IMG/VR virus record: IMGVR_UViG_3300032307_000764
Location: 184,192-248,191 of that record
From: a virus
Lineage: Duplodnaviria > Caudoviricetes
Direction: 5' to 3' (one strand)
DNA length: 64,000 nucleotides
The notes beneath the pieces are model-generated. The model ran no database searches and had not been told where the DNA came from. It saw nothing but the letters and a program-made list of their open reading frames with translations. The translations under genes and the position numbers were made by a program. Within the stretch, counting starts at the first letter, position 1, and the number at the start of each line of letters is the position of its first letter. Positions 16,934-27,318 of this stretch are shown piece by piece.

Positions 16934-18556
16934 ATGTCAACATCAAGACCTTTCGCATATAATACTGGTGCTCCTATACCTGGAACAGAACAAGTAGGAG
17001 ATTTAGCTATTGGATTACCCACAAATGGATTTGAATCTACTGGATTGGCATGGTGGAACGGACCTGACGAGGATTTGGGATATGTTATAGCTAAAGTAAA
17101 TTCTGGTGGAAATCAACCTACACCTGTACCAGAAGATGCTCTTATATTAAGTCCAACATATAAAGGTGCGGGTATTTCTTTAAGTAATAACAATCAAACT
17201 GCTACACAGGCATTCAGTTATTCGCAATCTGTATTAAGTGATGTTAGTATAGATACCTATAATAAAGTGATGTTTAGTGTTATTTACACCTCAACCAATC
17301 CTAGTATTGGTGTTGGTACCCGTACTATAGGATTAGGTAATACATCAATGAATTATTCTGGTCCCTTTAATGGGTATCCGGGAAATGACGGTAACAGTGT
17401 AGGTTTCTCAGACGATGGAAATTATTACTATAACGGAACTGCTGTGTTAACGGGTTTACCGACGTGGACTAGTGGTGACATTATAGATATTGCTATCGAT
17501 AATGATAATGCTTATTGCTGGATTAGAGTAAATGGTGGTAGTTGGAATGGACAATCTCCATCACCCGCGGGTATAGGAGCGTCTCTTTATTCTGTGGGTG
17601 TTATTCGTGCATGCTTAAATCCTTCTACCTACGGAACAATGAAGATTTTAAACTATCCAGTATACGGAAGACCTGTGGGGTACGACTTTCTTGGAAATGT
17701 TACTGCTTCGGTTGCATTTAGTAGATCTACTCAATTAACTCAAAGTTCTTTTATTTTATTGGCTAATTCTATAGGTAACCAAGTATTTGCTAGCGGAGCT
17801 GCTGCTAAGACTTGGCTTAATAATAACGGATATTGGACTAGCTGGGAGGACGTATTGCCTATATTCTCGCTAGATGCTGGTGATGTAAATAGTTATCCAG
17901 GATCTGGAACTACTTGGACAGATACAGTCGGTGGTTTGACTTTTAGTTTAGAGAATGGTCAATCTATAGGTAACAATTCAGGACCAATTTATGACCCAAA
18001 TAATGGTGGTAGTATATACTTCGCTACTATGAATGGTGTTGGTGGCAGTGATTATGCTGAGTGTTTGACAAGTTTACCAAGTTTACCAACATTTACCGTA
18101 TCGGTTTGGATAAGATGGATGGGTACGGTAAATAGTTTGCCTGCGATTATTACAGAAATACAATCAGGCAGTGGTCCAATAAATTATAAGATAGGTAAAA
18201 TAGTTCCATCTTCAGCAGACATAGCAGCAGGTTATCGTAGTAATGGATCTTGGAGAAATACCACTACATTACCTAATAGTATTGACTATAATCAAGTTTG
18301 GTTTAATGTATTAATGACAGTTGATTCTCAACAGAATCTTAAACTATATTTAAACAACAATCTAATACAGTCAGTAACATTTACTGGAGAAATACCATCA
18401 TCATCTGGTCAAGGTATAAGATTAATGAAGAACCACGGAAATCTTGAAGAAAACACCGCTGGATATTTAGCCAAGGTAGATATTTATGATAAAGCATTGA
18501 ATTCTGTTGAAATATCAGATATATGGGATTTAAACAGAAATAGATTTGGGCTCTAA
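16934..18556 (+). CDS. SPRY-like plus LamG (ConA-like lectin) domain protein, probably virion fibre/decoration
   Basis: FSLDAGDVNSYPGSGTTW...WFNVLMT...KLYLNN...IYDKALNS; N-terminus shared with 19101-20111. Confidence 0.75.
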   Translation: MSTSRPFAYNTGAPIPGTEQVGDLAIGLPTNGFESTGLAWWNGPDEDLGYVIAKVNSGGNQPTPVPEDALILSPTYKGAGISLSNNNQTATQAFSYSQSVLSDVSIDTYNKVMFSVIYTSTNPSIGVGTRTIGLGNTSMNYSGPFNGYPGNDGNSVGFSDDGNYYYNGTAVLTGLPTWTSGDIIDIAIDNDNAYCWIRVNGGSWNGQSPSPAGIGASLYSVGVIRACLNPSTYGTMKILNYPVYGRPVGYDFLGNVTASVAFSRSTQLTQSSFILLANSIGNQVFASGAAAKTWLNNNGYWTSWEDVLPIFSLDAGDVNSYPGSGTTWTDTVGGLTFSLENGQSIGNNSGPIYDPNNGGSIYFATMNGVGGSDYAECLTSLPSLPTFTVSVWIRWMGTVNSLPAIITEIQSGSGPINYKIGKIVPSSADIAAGYRSNGSWRNTTTLPNSIDYNQVWFNVLMTVDSQQNLKLYLNNNLIQSVTFTGEIPSSSGQGIRLMKNHGNLEENTAGYLAKVDIYDKALNSVEISDIWDLNRNRFGL

Positions 18557-18654
18557 GCGATTAAATAAATTCAAATTATGAAAAATAAAGTACCGACTAT
18601 TGTTTATGTTATCCTATGGTTTATATTTATAGGAACTGTAGCATACATTTTTGG

Positions 18655-19104
18655 CTAATCTATACATCTTATAGATAAAAGATTTTTTCTGTATTCATCT
18701 GATAGTAATGATGATCCCTCTATTAAAAATCCTAAATATTCTTTAGTTGGAAAAATTCCTTCAACTATATGGTTTTCTTGTGCAATATAGGTTATACATT
18801 CGGTGGGATTTCCTTTAACCATTACTTCTATTTTTTCTCTTCTGTAATGATTAGGAGCTCCTTCGAATTTATCTAATTTTTCTAGGTCGCTTTCGGGTAT
18901 ACTAAAAACTATACCTTCTACTACCTCCCCTTCAATTTTCTCTATGTTTGCAAAAGCCCAATCACCTTTTGATGCTTTTTTGTTGAATTTTAATTTCCAT
19001 CCTTTAAGAATCCCAACTGATCCTGATAAAGGGCTTAGACCTCTTTGGATAATCCTAGGAACACTCATGTTAGATCCGTATGCGAAGTAGTTTATCATTT
19101 TCAT
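18655..19104 (-). CDS. Gamma-glutamylcyclotransferase (AIG2-like) family protein
   Basis: YFAYGSNM...VEGIVF...LDKFEGAPNHYRR. Confidence 0.9.
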   Translation of the reverse strand: MKMINYFAYGSNMSVPRIIQRGLSPLSGSVGILKGWKLKFNKKASKGDWAFANIEKIEGEVVEGIVFSIPESDLEKLDKFEGAPNHYRREKIEVMVKGNPTECITYIAQENHIVEGIFPTKEYLGFLIEGSSLLSDEYRKNLLSIRCID

Positions 19105-20111
19105 AATCCGAATCTTGATTTTTGTGAATTGAAATTCTGTAGTATCTCTGAATCTGACAAAGCAACATCATATATTAAAGCCTGTGCCATCTTTGCTGCT
19201 AAATATTCGTTGCTATATGTTTTTGCTATCTGTATATTACTATTGGTAACATTGTGTCCAGTAGGTGTATCAGATCCTATGGATACCCCGTTGACAAATA
19301 AACTTCTAACTGTTCCGTCGAATTTTGCAACAACATTTACCCATGAATTTGGATTTGCCAATGAACTGTTTGCTGTTAGATCATTTCCCCACCAATAGTG
19401 TATAATTTGATTAGTAGTGCCCGTTCGTAATGCGTTTGATTGATTACCCACTCCAAATGACCCAATACTCATAATTCCTTGTGCTGACCATACAGAATCT
19501 AAGCCAACCCAAGCACTTAGTGTATATGGTGAGTTACCTATGGGTATGTTATTTCCGTTTAATTTACTGAACCATCCATTACCCCCGATCGAAAAGTAAG
19601 ATGCTCCTCCTTGTGTCCATGCTATATTTCCAGAATTTTGCATTGTTACATCATTACCGTTCCCACTAAGATCGTACCATATTGTGTCTGTTCCTGGGTA
19701 GCTAGATGGATCTCCTGCATCTAGATATAATCGTAATCCTGTTGTTATTACATTTGGAGTATAAGAAGTCCAGTATCCATTTGTATCTAACCAGTCTAGT
19801 GCATTTTGAATGTCTCCTTGTGATATACCACTTATACGATTGACAAGCTTTATAAATGCTGAATCATTCTTGTTGCTTTTTTTAAAAAATACAGTGCCTA
19901 TATTTCCTAATGGTGTTGGCCTGTCTCCAGCAGGATAATCCTTTGCTATAATGTACTTAAGATCCTCGTCTGGTCCCATCCACCATGTTAATCCTCCAGG
20001 ATTGCTGCTATAATCTAGATCGTCATCACCAATACATAATGTTCCTATATTGGTAGTTCCAGCTATGACTGATTGTGTTGGATTATACGCGAATGGTCTA
20101 GTAGTTGCCAT
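19101..20111 (-). CDS. LamG (ConA-like) domain protein, paralog of 16934-18556
   Basis: LYLDAGDPSSYPGTDTIWYDLSGNGN...IYDVALSDSEILQNFNSQKSRFGL. Confidence 0.8.
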   Translation of the reverse strand: MATTRPFAYNPTQSVIAGTTNIGTLCIGDDDLDYSSNPGGLTWWMGPDEDLKYIIAKDYPAGDRPTPLGNIGTVFFKKSNKNDSAFIKLVNRISGISQGDIQNALDWLDTNGYWTSYTPNVITTGLRLYLDAGDPSSYPGTDTIWYDLSGNGNDVTMQNSGNIAWTQGGASYFSIGGNGWFSKLNGNNIPIGNSPYTLSAWVGLDSVWSAQGIMSIGSFGVGNQSNALRTGTTNQIIHYWWGNDLTANSSLANPNSWVNVVAKFDGTVRSLFVNGVSIGSDTPTGHNVTNSNIQIAKTYSNEYLAAKMAQALIYDVALSDSEILQNFNSQKSRFGL

Positions 20112-20171
20112 GTATTATATATCCCTTAAATTATCTCTCGTTTATTTAGAAAAATTTTAATTTTGTGTTCT

Positions 20172-20387
20172 ATGGAAAGAAGAGGTAAAGCGAATTTAAA
20201 GTATAAGGAGGGAGATATTATTGTTTTCACGGATAAAGCACCCGAGTGGGTAAAAAGAACTTATATTCCTGGTGCTAGGGGAATAGTTACTAAGTACAAG
20301 GATAAATCCTATCTTATTATGATGGAGGATTCTAAGGAAAAAATATATCTAAGAGTCGATCAAATACAAAAATGTGTGACTTTATAG
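20172..20387 (+). CDS. Small SH3/KOW-like hypothetical protein
   Basis: YKEGDIIVF...GARGIVTK. Confidence 0.55.
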   Translation: MERRGKANLKYKEGDIIVFTDKAPEWVKRTYIPGARGIVTKYKDKSYLIMMEDSKEKIYLRVDQIQKCVTL

Positions 20388-20400
20388 GAATATATAATGT

Positions 20401-20742
20401 ATGAAGGAACTGGTAATGTTTAATGTTACTAAAGATGACTATTTCAAATTTATAGTCAACTTCGGTATTGTTCCTACTCTCATATTATTAGAAAAATTTG
20501 AGAAACTAGAATTTTACGAGGAGTGCTCTAAGATAGTTAAAGCTATAGATGCAGTAAACAAGAAGGTAAAGGTTTATAAAGAGACAAGACTCACTGATAG
20601 TTTATTAAACGAGGTTATAGATGACTATAGAAAACTTGGCCTCGAGTACATGGATCGTGAAAAACTAATGGAAAGATGCGAGAGATACGCTTCTATGTTT
20701 CTATCTGAGAATTCTTACATTAAATATAGACAGTTAGCATGA
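20401..20742 (+). CDS. Hypothetical protein
   Basis: ORF 3 nt after GAATATATAA. Confidence 0.75.
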   Translation: MKELVMFNVTKDDYFKFIVNFGIVPTLILLEKFEKLEFYEECSKIVKAIDAVNKKVKVYKETRLTDSLLNEVIDDYRKLGLEYMDREKLMERCERYASMFLSENSYIKYRQLA

Positions 20743-21044
20743 GATTTGGTAATATAGAAATTTCTGATAAAAGATTCCGCGACATCACTTTTAGGAACGC
20801 TAAAAAAGCATGCGAAATTCTTGGCGATGCATGGCGTTTGCCTACTGAGTTAGAACTAGACGCATTATTTTATTTTTTAAATGAATTAGGTCCTGACAGG
20901 AGAGTTGGACAATTTGTAAAAGATGATAAGCCGGTTTTATACTGGACTGATGAGGGTTCAATAATTGATGATACTGGAAGTACCTATCGTATTATGCCTT
21001 CCTTCCTTTCTGATGTCTGTTCTATAATGGTAAGAGACATTTAA
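20739..21044 (+). CDS. DUF1566/Lcl-C-like small protein
   Basis: AKKACEILGDAWRLPTELEL...YWT...IMVRD. Confidence 0.65.
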   Translation: MRFGNIEISDKRFRDITFRNAKKACEILGDAWRLPTELELDALFYFLNELGPDRRVGQFVKDDKPVLYWTDEGSIIDDTGSTYRIMPSFLSDVCSIMVRDI

Positions 21045-21097
21045 GGAAATCTTTTTTTTTATCTATAGTATAAACTTATATTTGTAGAAAATTAAAT

Positions 21098-21469
21098 ATG
21101 AGTTTCGATTTTTATCCGGATGATATAGTATGCAGATTCTTAGGAATGAGAGAATCTCAGATTGGATATTTTTACGATGCCAAGTTAAAAACTTTAATCG
21201 TTGGAAGAATCAAGGACGGGAAACTCAAAGGAAGAGTTATACATAACGGACGTACTCAGAAAGATTTTGATGAAGGAAGATACTTTAGTGCATGGAGCAT
21301 GGGATATTCCTATTCTGACTGGGATAAACACGATTTCATATACGTTGGTAAAAAAATAAATTACACCTCGTTAAAGGGATATTTTGAATTTATCGACCAA
21401 GCTGATCTTGAATCTATAAAAGCATATTTTAAAGCTAAAGAGTTATTAAAAGATATTAATCAGATATGA
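21098..21469 (+). CDS. Hypothetical protein
   Basis: ORF after a TATATTTG element. Confidence 0.75.
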   Translation: MSFDFYPDDIVCRFLGMRESQIGYFYDAKLKTLIVGRIKDGKLKGRVIHNGRTQKDFDEGRYFSAWSMGYSYSDWDKHDFIYVGKKINYTSLKGYFEFIDQADLESIKAYFKAKELLKDINQI

Positions 21470-21622
21470 GTAAAATATTTTTGTCCTTTCTGTTAAATCG
21501 AACTAGTGGTGTTCCATCCAGGGAATGTTAAAGAATTAATTCAGGAATATAAAAAATAATTTCGGGAATCATTTTTTTCTATGTATAGTTATTTCTACAT
21601 TTGAATTATAAATTTAAACGTC

Positions 21623-21961
21623 ATGGAAAAAAAATCAGCAGAAATTCTTAACGCTATTCCAACAGGGTTGGAATTGAAAGATTATTTTAACACATTAGAC
21701 CCTTTCCAAAAAAGAGAGCTAATCAACGAACTAAAAGAAATTGCATCTTTCTGGGTTTCTAAATCTAAGAAAACTCTTCCTTTAGCAATTCTTTCTTACG
21801 TTGTTTCTTTTGTATGTTACTTTGGAACAGACCAATCTTGGGCTGGATGGTATCTTTTTGCCATCAACGTTCCTTTAACATTTATCCATATTCTCCACTA
21901 CGTTAAAGCATATCGATACACAATCGCTGCAAAGATTTTGGAGAAAGAATTATCTAAGTAA
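21623..21961 (+). CDS. Two-TM membrane protein
   Basis: Hydrophobic segments; promoter at 21567-21603. Confidence 0.75.
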   Translation: MEKKSAEILNAIPTGLELKDYFNTLDPFQKRELINELKEIASFWVSKSKKTLPLAILSYVVSFVCYFGTDQSWAGWYLFAINVPLTFIHILHYVKAYRYTIAAKILEKELSK

Positions 21962-21985
21962 TAGTTCTTACCTGATATATAAAGA

Positions 21986-22585
21986 ATGAAACATTTATCT
22001 TTATATGAAAATTTTGATCCTGGTCAATTCGATTCCGAGGGGGATTTTGAGAATTTTTTAATATCCAGTGGAATCCCAGTAGAAGAATGGGGAAAAGGAT
22101 CAGCAAAGACCGTTAATCATTTGTATAGGGAAGTATTGGATAAGGAGTCTACATTTTCTTATATTGATAATAAATTAACAAGATCTATTGAGTTTGTTAG
22201 TGCTCAGATCTTCTATGATAGTCCTAAGGGTGTTTTAAAACTAGTTGAAGAGAAACAGGTATTCAAGGACGGAAGAGTTAGATCTAGACATTTAGAAAGC
22301 TCTGTATCTGAGAAGATGAAAGCAGGAGAAGATCCAGGTGATAGTATCATAAGAGGAATAGAGGAAGAGCTTAAGATCTCGATTTCAAATGATCAGTTAA
22401 AAAAAGAAGGTGTTATAAACGAAACAGAGGAATCTAATTCCTATCCAGGTCTTACAACACATTACAAAGGTCATAAATATAAAATAGATCTAAGAACACA
22501 TCAATATAGACCAGAGGGATATGTTGAACACCAAAGAGATAAATCTACGTATTTTAAATGGGAAATATACGATTGGGATAGGTAG
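21986..22585 (+). CDS. Nudix hydrolase-like protein with MKHLSLYENF N-terminus
   Basis: EKMKAGEDPGDSIIRGIEEELKI (degenerate Nudix box). Confidence 0.65.
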   Translation: MKHLSLYENFDPGQFDSEGDFENFLISSGIPVEEWGKGSAKTVNHLYREVLDKESTFSYIDNKLTRSIEFVSAQIFYDSPKGVLKLVEEKQVFKDGRVRSRHLESSVSEKMKAGEDPGDSIIRGIEEELKISISNDQLKKEGVINETEESNSYPGLTTHYKGHKYKIDLRTHQYRPEGYVEHQRDKSTYFKWEIYDWDR

Positions 22586-22643
22586 AAAGAAACTTTTAAC
22601 GTAATCTGATATAGGATAATACACACAATCTAAAAATCTGATT

Positions 22644-22823
22644 ATGGGAATTTTTAAAAATGTATTTCTAACTCTTGGATTTAATATCAATATAGATTTT
22701 AAAAATCTTGTCCAAGTAAGAAGAGCTAAGATGATTGAAGAGGGATATGACGTATCAGGGATTAACTGGGATTTATATGCTAGGGTTTTAGAGGCTAAGC
22801 GAGAAATGTTATCAAGGGAGTAA
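22644..22823 (+). CDS. 59-aa hypothetical protein (not in ORF track)
   Basis: MGIFKNVFLTLG...REMLSRE*; followed by a terminator. Confidence 0.55.
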   Translation: MGIFKNVFLTLGFNINIDFKNLVQVRRAKMIEEGYDVSGINWDLYARVLEAKREMLSRE

Positions 22824-22895
22824 CTGGGATAATTCAAAAAATTTAAAACCTGGGTCTCCGGGTTTTTTTGTGTTTAATATTTTATTGTTATAAAT

Positions 22896-23120
22896 ATGAG
22901 TAAAAAGCAAGAAAGATTCTTTGTTGATATCCAATCTGGATTTGCAGCAATAAGGGATAGAAATGAGATCGATCCAGAAAATCCAGAAAAGGAAATGGTG
23001 GTAGAAATACTAGAAGGATCGTACATCAAAGAAAATAACAGCGTCAGATATGAGATAGACGAAAAATCTCTCAACGATCTTATAAAAAAGTGTAAGGCTC
23101 TAAATAAAACAGAATCTTAA
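22896..23120 (+). CDS. Hypothetical protein
   Basis: ORF between terminators. Confidence 0.65.
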   Translation: MSKKQERFFVDIQSGFAAIRDRNEIDPENPEKEMVVEILEGSYIKENNSVRYEIDEKSLNDLIKKCKALNKTES

Positions 23121-23228
23121 TATAATTTTTAAAACCCTAGAATTTTACAGTTCTAGGGTTTTTTGTGATATTAGATAGAAACTTAAGAGATTTTTATTGG
23201 TATAAAATTATATTAGTAAAAAAGACCT

Positions 23229-23936
23229 ATGATCAATTTTAATTTTGACGAATTTATTGCTCCTTATAAGGATGCTATAATAAAAAATGGTGTATCCAGA
23301 TACCATAACTATGAGTATGTTATCAGAAAACTTGTATCCAAGAATAAACCGATTACCATAATAGAGACAGGTACTATGTGGAGCGGTATAGAAGATAACA
23401 TGGGAGCTTTCACTCTAGTTTTCGCAGATCTTATTAAAAATTGGACTGGCGGTAAATTAATAACTATCGATATATCGGAAAAATCAATTAACAATTGTAA
23501 AGAAACAACTAAGGAATATTCGGATGTTATAGATTATGTTCTTTCTGATTCAGTTACTTATCTAAAATCAATGAGTGACGATCAAGTTAAAGAAATAGAT
23601 TACATCTATTTTGATTCATATGATCTGTTTGTTCCTGATCCTGCACCTTCCCAATTACACCATTATCGTGAATTGGACGCAGTATATTACAGATTATCTA
23701 ATGATGTTATATTATCAGTCGATGATAATTTTATGCCTAAATCTTGGGTCGAGTGGCACACTTACGATAGAGCTACTGGAGAGATCACAGATCGTACAAG
23801 ATATGATATAGGTGATAGAATTTTAGGTAAAGGTACTCTTATCGATTTATTTCTCTTACAGGAGGGATGGAAAAGATATGACGATTTTTTACATGTTGAC
23901 ACTGTTCATATACTTACATATGAAAAGGCTATCTAA
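23229..23936 (+). CDS. Class I SAM-dependent methyltransferase
   Basis: IIETGT...LITIDI...DSVTYL...IDYIYFDSYD. Confidence 0.75.
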   Translation: MINFNFDEFIAPYKDAIIKNGVSRYHNYEYVIRKLVSKNKPITIIETGTMWSGIEDNMGAFTLVFADLIKNWTGGKLITIDISEKSINNCKETTKEYSDVIDYVLSDSVTYLKSMSDDQVKEIDYIYFDSYDLFVPDPAPSQLHHYRELDAVYYRLSNDVILSVDDNFMPKSWVEWHTYDRATGEITDRTRYDIGDRILGKGTLIDLFLLQEGWKRYDDFLHVDTVHILTYEKAI

Positions 23937-24792
23937 GGAAGAAGTTTCTTCTATACTTACTGATTATTATAAAGATGTAAATTCTTATAAGGAATTTAGA
24001 CATCCCTTTGAAGCGGATTCTATTTTTAATCTGGCAAACGGGCTAGGAGATTCTCTAATTCTTTCTCCTTTCATTAATGACAAAAAAATCAACAATAATT
24101 TATTAGCTGAATTAAATAATCATATTGCCTTTTGTGAATATGAAAGATTCACTAACGAGAAAGAATTGAATATAGCCGAGATCGCTAATTATAATTGGGG
24201 TGGCGGACACTGTATACAACGAATACAAAGGGGTTTAGGCTTGCCTATTCAGGCTCGTCCATATCCTACATTAGAAAAAGATAGAAGTCCTTTTAAAGGC
24301 TATGTATTTGTTCATTTAATTACCAATACAGACTGGAAAAGAAATACTCCAAATAGTTTGGACATAGATGATCAGTATTTGATAAAAGATTTTTTTGAAA
24401 AAAATCCTAATCTTACTCCTTACTATTTTAAAAACGATCTTCCGTTACCGCTTCTTTTTTACATTATGTCTAAGTGCGAGTATTTCTTAGGTATAGATAG
24501 TGGACCTATGCACATGGCAGCAGGACTTGGATTAAAATCTATTATAGTTATAAACAATATAGGAAATAACATATACTTACCGAGAATTAAGGAATGTGAT
24601 ATACCTAATTCTGAATGGCTATATCCTCAGAACGTTCACCTTAACACGAGAGGAGAAAATCCTTTGGTTTCTTCGTTCTCTTTGGAAAATTTATCAATGG
24701 CTTTTAATGGTGAGATTTACCCTTATTTTTCAGATGAATTTCTGCCAATATATTTTGAAAATAATCTAGATTATGTCGCAAGGAGTACATAA
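23920..24792 (+). CDS. GT9-like (heptosyltransferase-fold) glycosyltransferase
   Basis: GLGDSL and CEYFLGIDSGPMHMAAGLG; start probably MKRLS. Confidence 0.75.
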   Translation: MKRLSKEEVSSILTDYYKDVNSYKEFRHPFEADSIFNLANGLGDSLILSPFINDKKINNNLLAELNNHIAFCEYERFTNEKELNIAEIANYNWGGGHCIQRIQRGLGLPIQARPYPTLEKDRSPFKGYVFVHLITNTDWKRNTPNSLDIDDQYLIKDFFEKNPNLTPYYFKNDLPLPLLFYIMSKCEYFLGIDSGPMHMAAGLGLKSIIVINNIGNNIYLPRIKECDIPNSEWLYPQNVHLNTRGENPLVSSFSLENLSMAFNGEIYPYFSDEFLPIYFENNLDYVARST

Positions 24793-25417
24793 AATAACTG
24801 CAGATTTTGAAAAAGCAGTAGGAGATTATACTGGAGCTCCTTATGTTATTGCACTAGATAACATGAGCAATGCAATTTTTTTAGCTTTGTATTACGAAAA
24901 AAACGTGAAAAAAAGCTTAGTATCGGGTAAGGTTGATTGTCCATCTAGAACCTACCCTTCAGTCCCTTGTGAAATTATTCACGCTGGATTGAACGTTAAT
25001 TTTATAAAATCCGAGGGACCTACGATTAAAGGAGCTTATCAATTGACACCAAGTAATGTTTGGGATTCAGCTTTAAGATTTACTGCTGATATGTATATCC
25101 CAGGATCTCATATGTGTCTTTCATTTACCGGACCATATAAGACCTTAAAATTAAGTAAAGGCGGTGCAATCTTAACTGACGATTACCAGGCAATGCTTTG
25201 GTTTAAAAGAGCAAGGTTTAGTGGAAGGCGAGAGTGTTCGTATCATGATGATTATTTCGATATGCTAGGGTGGAATTTTTATATGATGCCGGAGCTTGCA
25301 GCCAGAGGATTACTAATGATGTCACAGTTTTATGATTTGAACGGTAACAAAAAAAATATAGAAGATTTGGAATTGCCTTATCCTGATTTATCTAAATATG
25401 AAATTTATACTACATAA
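24773..25417 (+). CDS. DegT/DnrJ/EryC1/StrS PLP-dependent sugar aminotransferase (short form)
   Basis: FEKAVGDYTGAPYVIAL...WDSA...LSFTGPYKTLKLSKGGAILTD...GWNFYMMPELAARG. Confidence 0.85.
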   Translation: MSQGVHKITADFEKAVGDYTGAPYVIALDNMSNAIFLALYYEKNVKKSLVSGKVDCPSRTYPSVPCEIIHAGLNVNFIKSEGPTIKGAYQLTPSNVWDSALRFTADMYIPGSHMCLSFTGPYKTLKLSKGGAILTDDYQAMLWFKRARFSGRRECSYHDDYFDMLGWNFYMMPELAARGLLMMSQFYDLNGNKKNIEDLELPYPDLSKYEIYTT

Positions 25418-25973
25418 TATGTTTTATTCAAAAGATGATCTTGATAAAATAGGTTTTAAATCTATAGGTACAAACGTTTTAATATCAAATAAAGCATCAA
25501 TTTATAATGCTCAGGAAATTTCTATAGGTAATAATGTAAGAATTGACGATTATTGTGTAATAAGTGCGGGTAAAAATATTGTTATAGGAAACAATGTTCA
25601 TATAGCATGTTACTCTTCCTTAATAGGTAAATCTGAGATATTTATGGATGATTTTTCTGGATTATCATCGAGAGTTTCAATATACTCATCAAGTGATGAT
25701 TATTCCGGTGAGTTTTTAACAAATCCAACTGTCGATCCTGAATTTACTGGAATAATATCTAAGCCTGTATATTTAGGAAAGCATGTTATAATCGGGGCAG
25801 GATCTGTAATTTTACCCGGGGTTACACTTCAAAACGGTGTTGCGGTTGGTTCATTAAGTTTGGTGACTAAAAGTTTTGGAGAATATAAAATAATTGGAGG
25901 ATCACCTGCTAAATTTATTAAAGAAAGAAAAAGAAAAATAGAGGAACTTGAATGCTTGTATCTGAAAAAATAA
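25398..25973 (+). CDS. Hexapeptide-repeat O-acyltransferase
   Basis: IGNNVRIDD...VYLGKHVIIGAGSVILPGV...GGSPAKFIK. Confidence 0.88.
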   Translation: MKFILHNMFYSKDDLDKIGFKSIGTNVLISNKASIYNAQEISIGNNVRIDDYCVISAGKNIVIGNNVHIACYSSLIGKSEIFMDDFSGLSSRVSIYSSSDDYSGEFLTNPTVDPEFTGIISKPVYLGKHVIIGAGSVILPGVTLQNGVAVGSLSLVTKSFGEYKIIGGSPAKFIKERKRKIEELECLYLKK

Positions 25974-26323
25974 AGATTACTAAAGAAATGGTGATTAATT
26001 TTTCTGAATTGGTCGGGGATAAAAATCCTTTGCATTTAGATACTGAATATTGTGCTAACACTAAATTTGAAAAACCTATAGTTCCTGGTATGTTTCTATC
26101 ATCCTTTTTTTCTAAATTGATTTCGGAAAAATATCCTGGACCAGGTAGCATATATCTGAGTCAAAATTTATCCTTTATTTCTCCTTGTTTTATTAACGAT
26201 ACGGTAAATGTTGTTATTGAATTGAAAGAAAAAATAAATAACAAGTATTATCTTAAAACAATAATATATGACTTGGATGGTAATAAAATAATTGAAGGTG
26301 ATGCTTTAATTTTAAAAAAATGA
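25952..26323 (+). CDS. MaoC family dehydratase
   Basis: FSELVGDKNPLHLD...IVPGMF...PGPGSIYLSQNLSFISP. Confidence 0.9.
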   Translation: MLVSEKIKITKEMVINFSELVGDKNPLHLDTEYCANTKFEKPIVPGMFLSSFFSKLISEKYPGPGSIYLSQNLSFISPCFINDTVNVVIELKEKINNKYYLKTIIYDLDGNKIIEGDALILKK

Positions 26324-27318
26324 AAGATTTAATAATAATTGGTACATACTGCCCGGATAAGGAAAGAAAAAAACTTCTTAATGCGTGCATAGATTCTCTT
26401 TTACCTTCGAAAAAAGATTTCGATCTTTTAATTGTTAGCCATACTATAATTCCTGATTATATTTCAGAAAAGGCTGATTTCGTATTTTACGATAAGAATA
26501 ATGATTTGATTACGGATTTAAAGTATCTTAATAGGCCTTGGTTCATGCTATCTGATAATATGGCAATTTTATCTACATATATTGGATCTCATAGCACTTA
26601 TTTGGCTGTATACAGATTACTTATTGCTGGGTTAGGATTTGCAAAGATGTTCCAATACGAAAAAGCACATTATTTAGAATATGATTCAATTATGAACGAC
26701 TTATCTGAATTATATGATAATTCAAAATTATTGGACAAATATGACGGAGTAGGATTTCAAAAAGATAAAACAGATTTTGAAAATCATCTCCCTTGGCCTA
26801 TTGGTAATTTTCTTTCTTTTAAAGTTAAATCAGTCGATGAAATTTTTACTAATTATAACAAAGAAAAATTGTTAGAGATATTATTAGAAAGCCCTTTTAA
26901 AACAAACGAGAAAATTACCAATGATGTGATGCTAATGAATGGTAATACCATGTATATTAAGGATTATAGCCAGATTAAGAGTAAGGATATAAAATTTGGA
27001 TTGTCCGATAATACTTCAAAAGAAAAAATGAATTATTGGGCAGTTCCTTTTTATAATCCTGAAGAAGATAAAGTTTTTGCCGTTGTTTGGAATAATAAGG
27101 ATGACGAACCGATAAACGTTAATTTTATTATCAACGGAACAAGGATGATTAATTTTAATCAGATACAAAAATTTGACTGGAGAACTGAGGAGATTGGTGA
27201 CATTAATGATATAAATTCTATTTTAGTTTTAGTTAACAATAATATTAAAACTACCATTATTCTAAATAATGAAAATAGGGATTTATTCAAAAAAACTAAT
27301 CATTCGGTACGTACTTGA
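26320..27318 (+). CDS. Hypothetical protein, possibly glycosyltransferase-like
   Basis: Lies inside the sugar cluster; LEYDS acidic motif. Confidence 0.5.
   Translation: MKDLIIIGTYCPDKERKKLLNACIDSLLPSKKDFDLLIVSHTIIPDYISEKADFVFYDKNNDLITDLKYLNRPWFMLSDNMAILSTYIGSHSTYLAVYRLLIAGLGFAKMFQYEKAHYLEYDSIMNDLSELYDNSKLLDKYDGVGFQKDKTDFENHLPWPIGNFLSFKVKSVDEIFTNYNKEKLLEILLESPFKTNEKITNDVMLMNGNTMYIKDYSQIKSKDIKFGLSDNTSKEKMNYWAVPFYNPEEDKVFAVVWNNKDDEPINVNFIINGTRMINFNQIQKFDWRTEEIGDINDINSILVLVNNNIKTTIILNNENRDLFKKTNHSVRT

Noticed and set aside
16934-20111. Invertible (Mu G-segment-like) fibre switch
   Set aside because: Paralog DNA identity is patchy, no exact inverted crossover sites were found, and no invertase is nearby.
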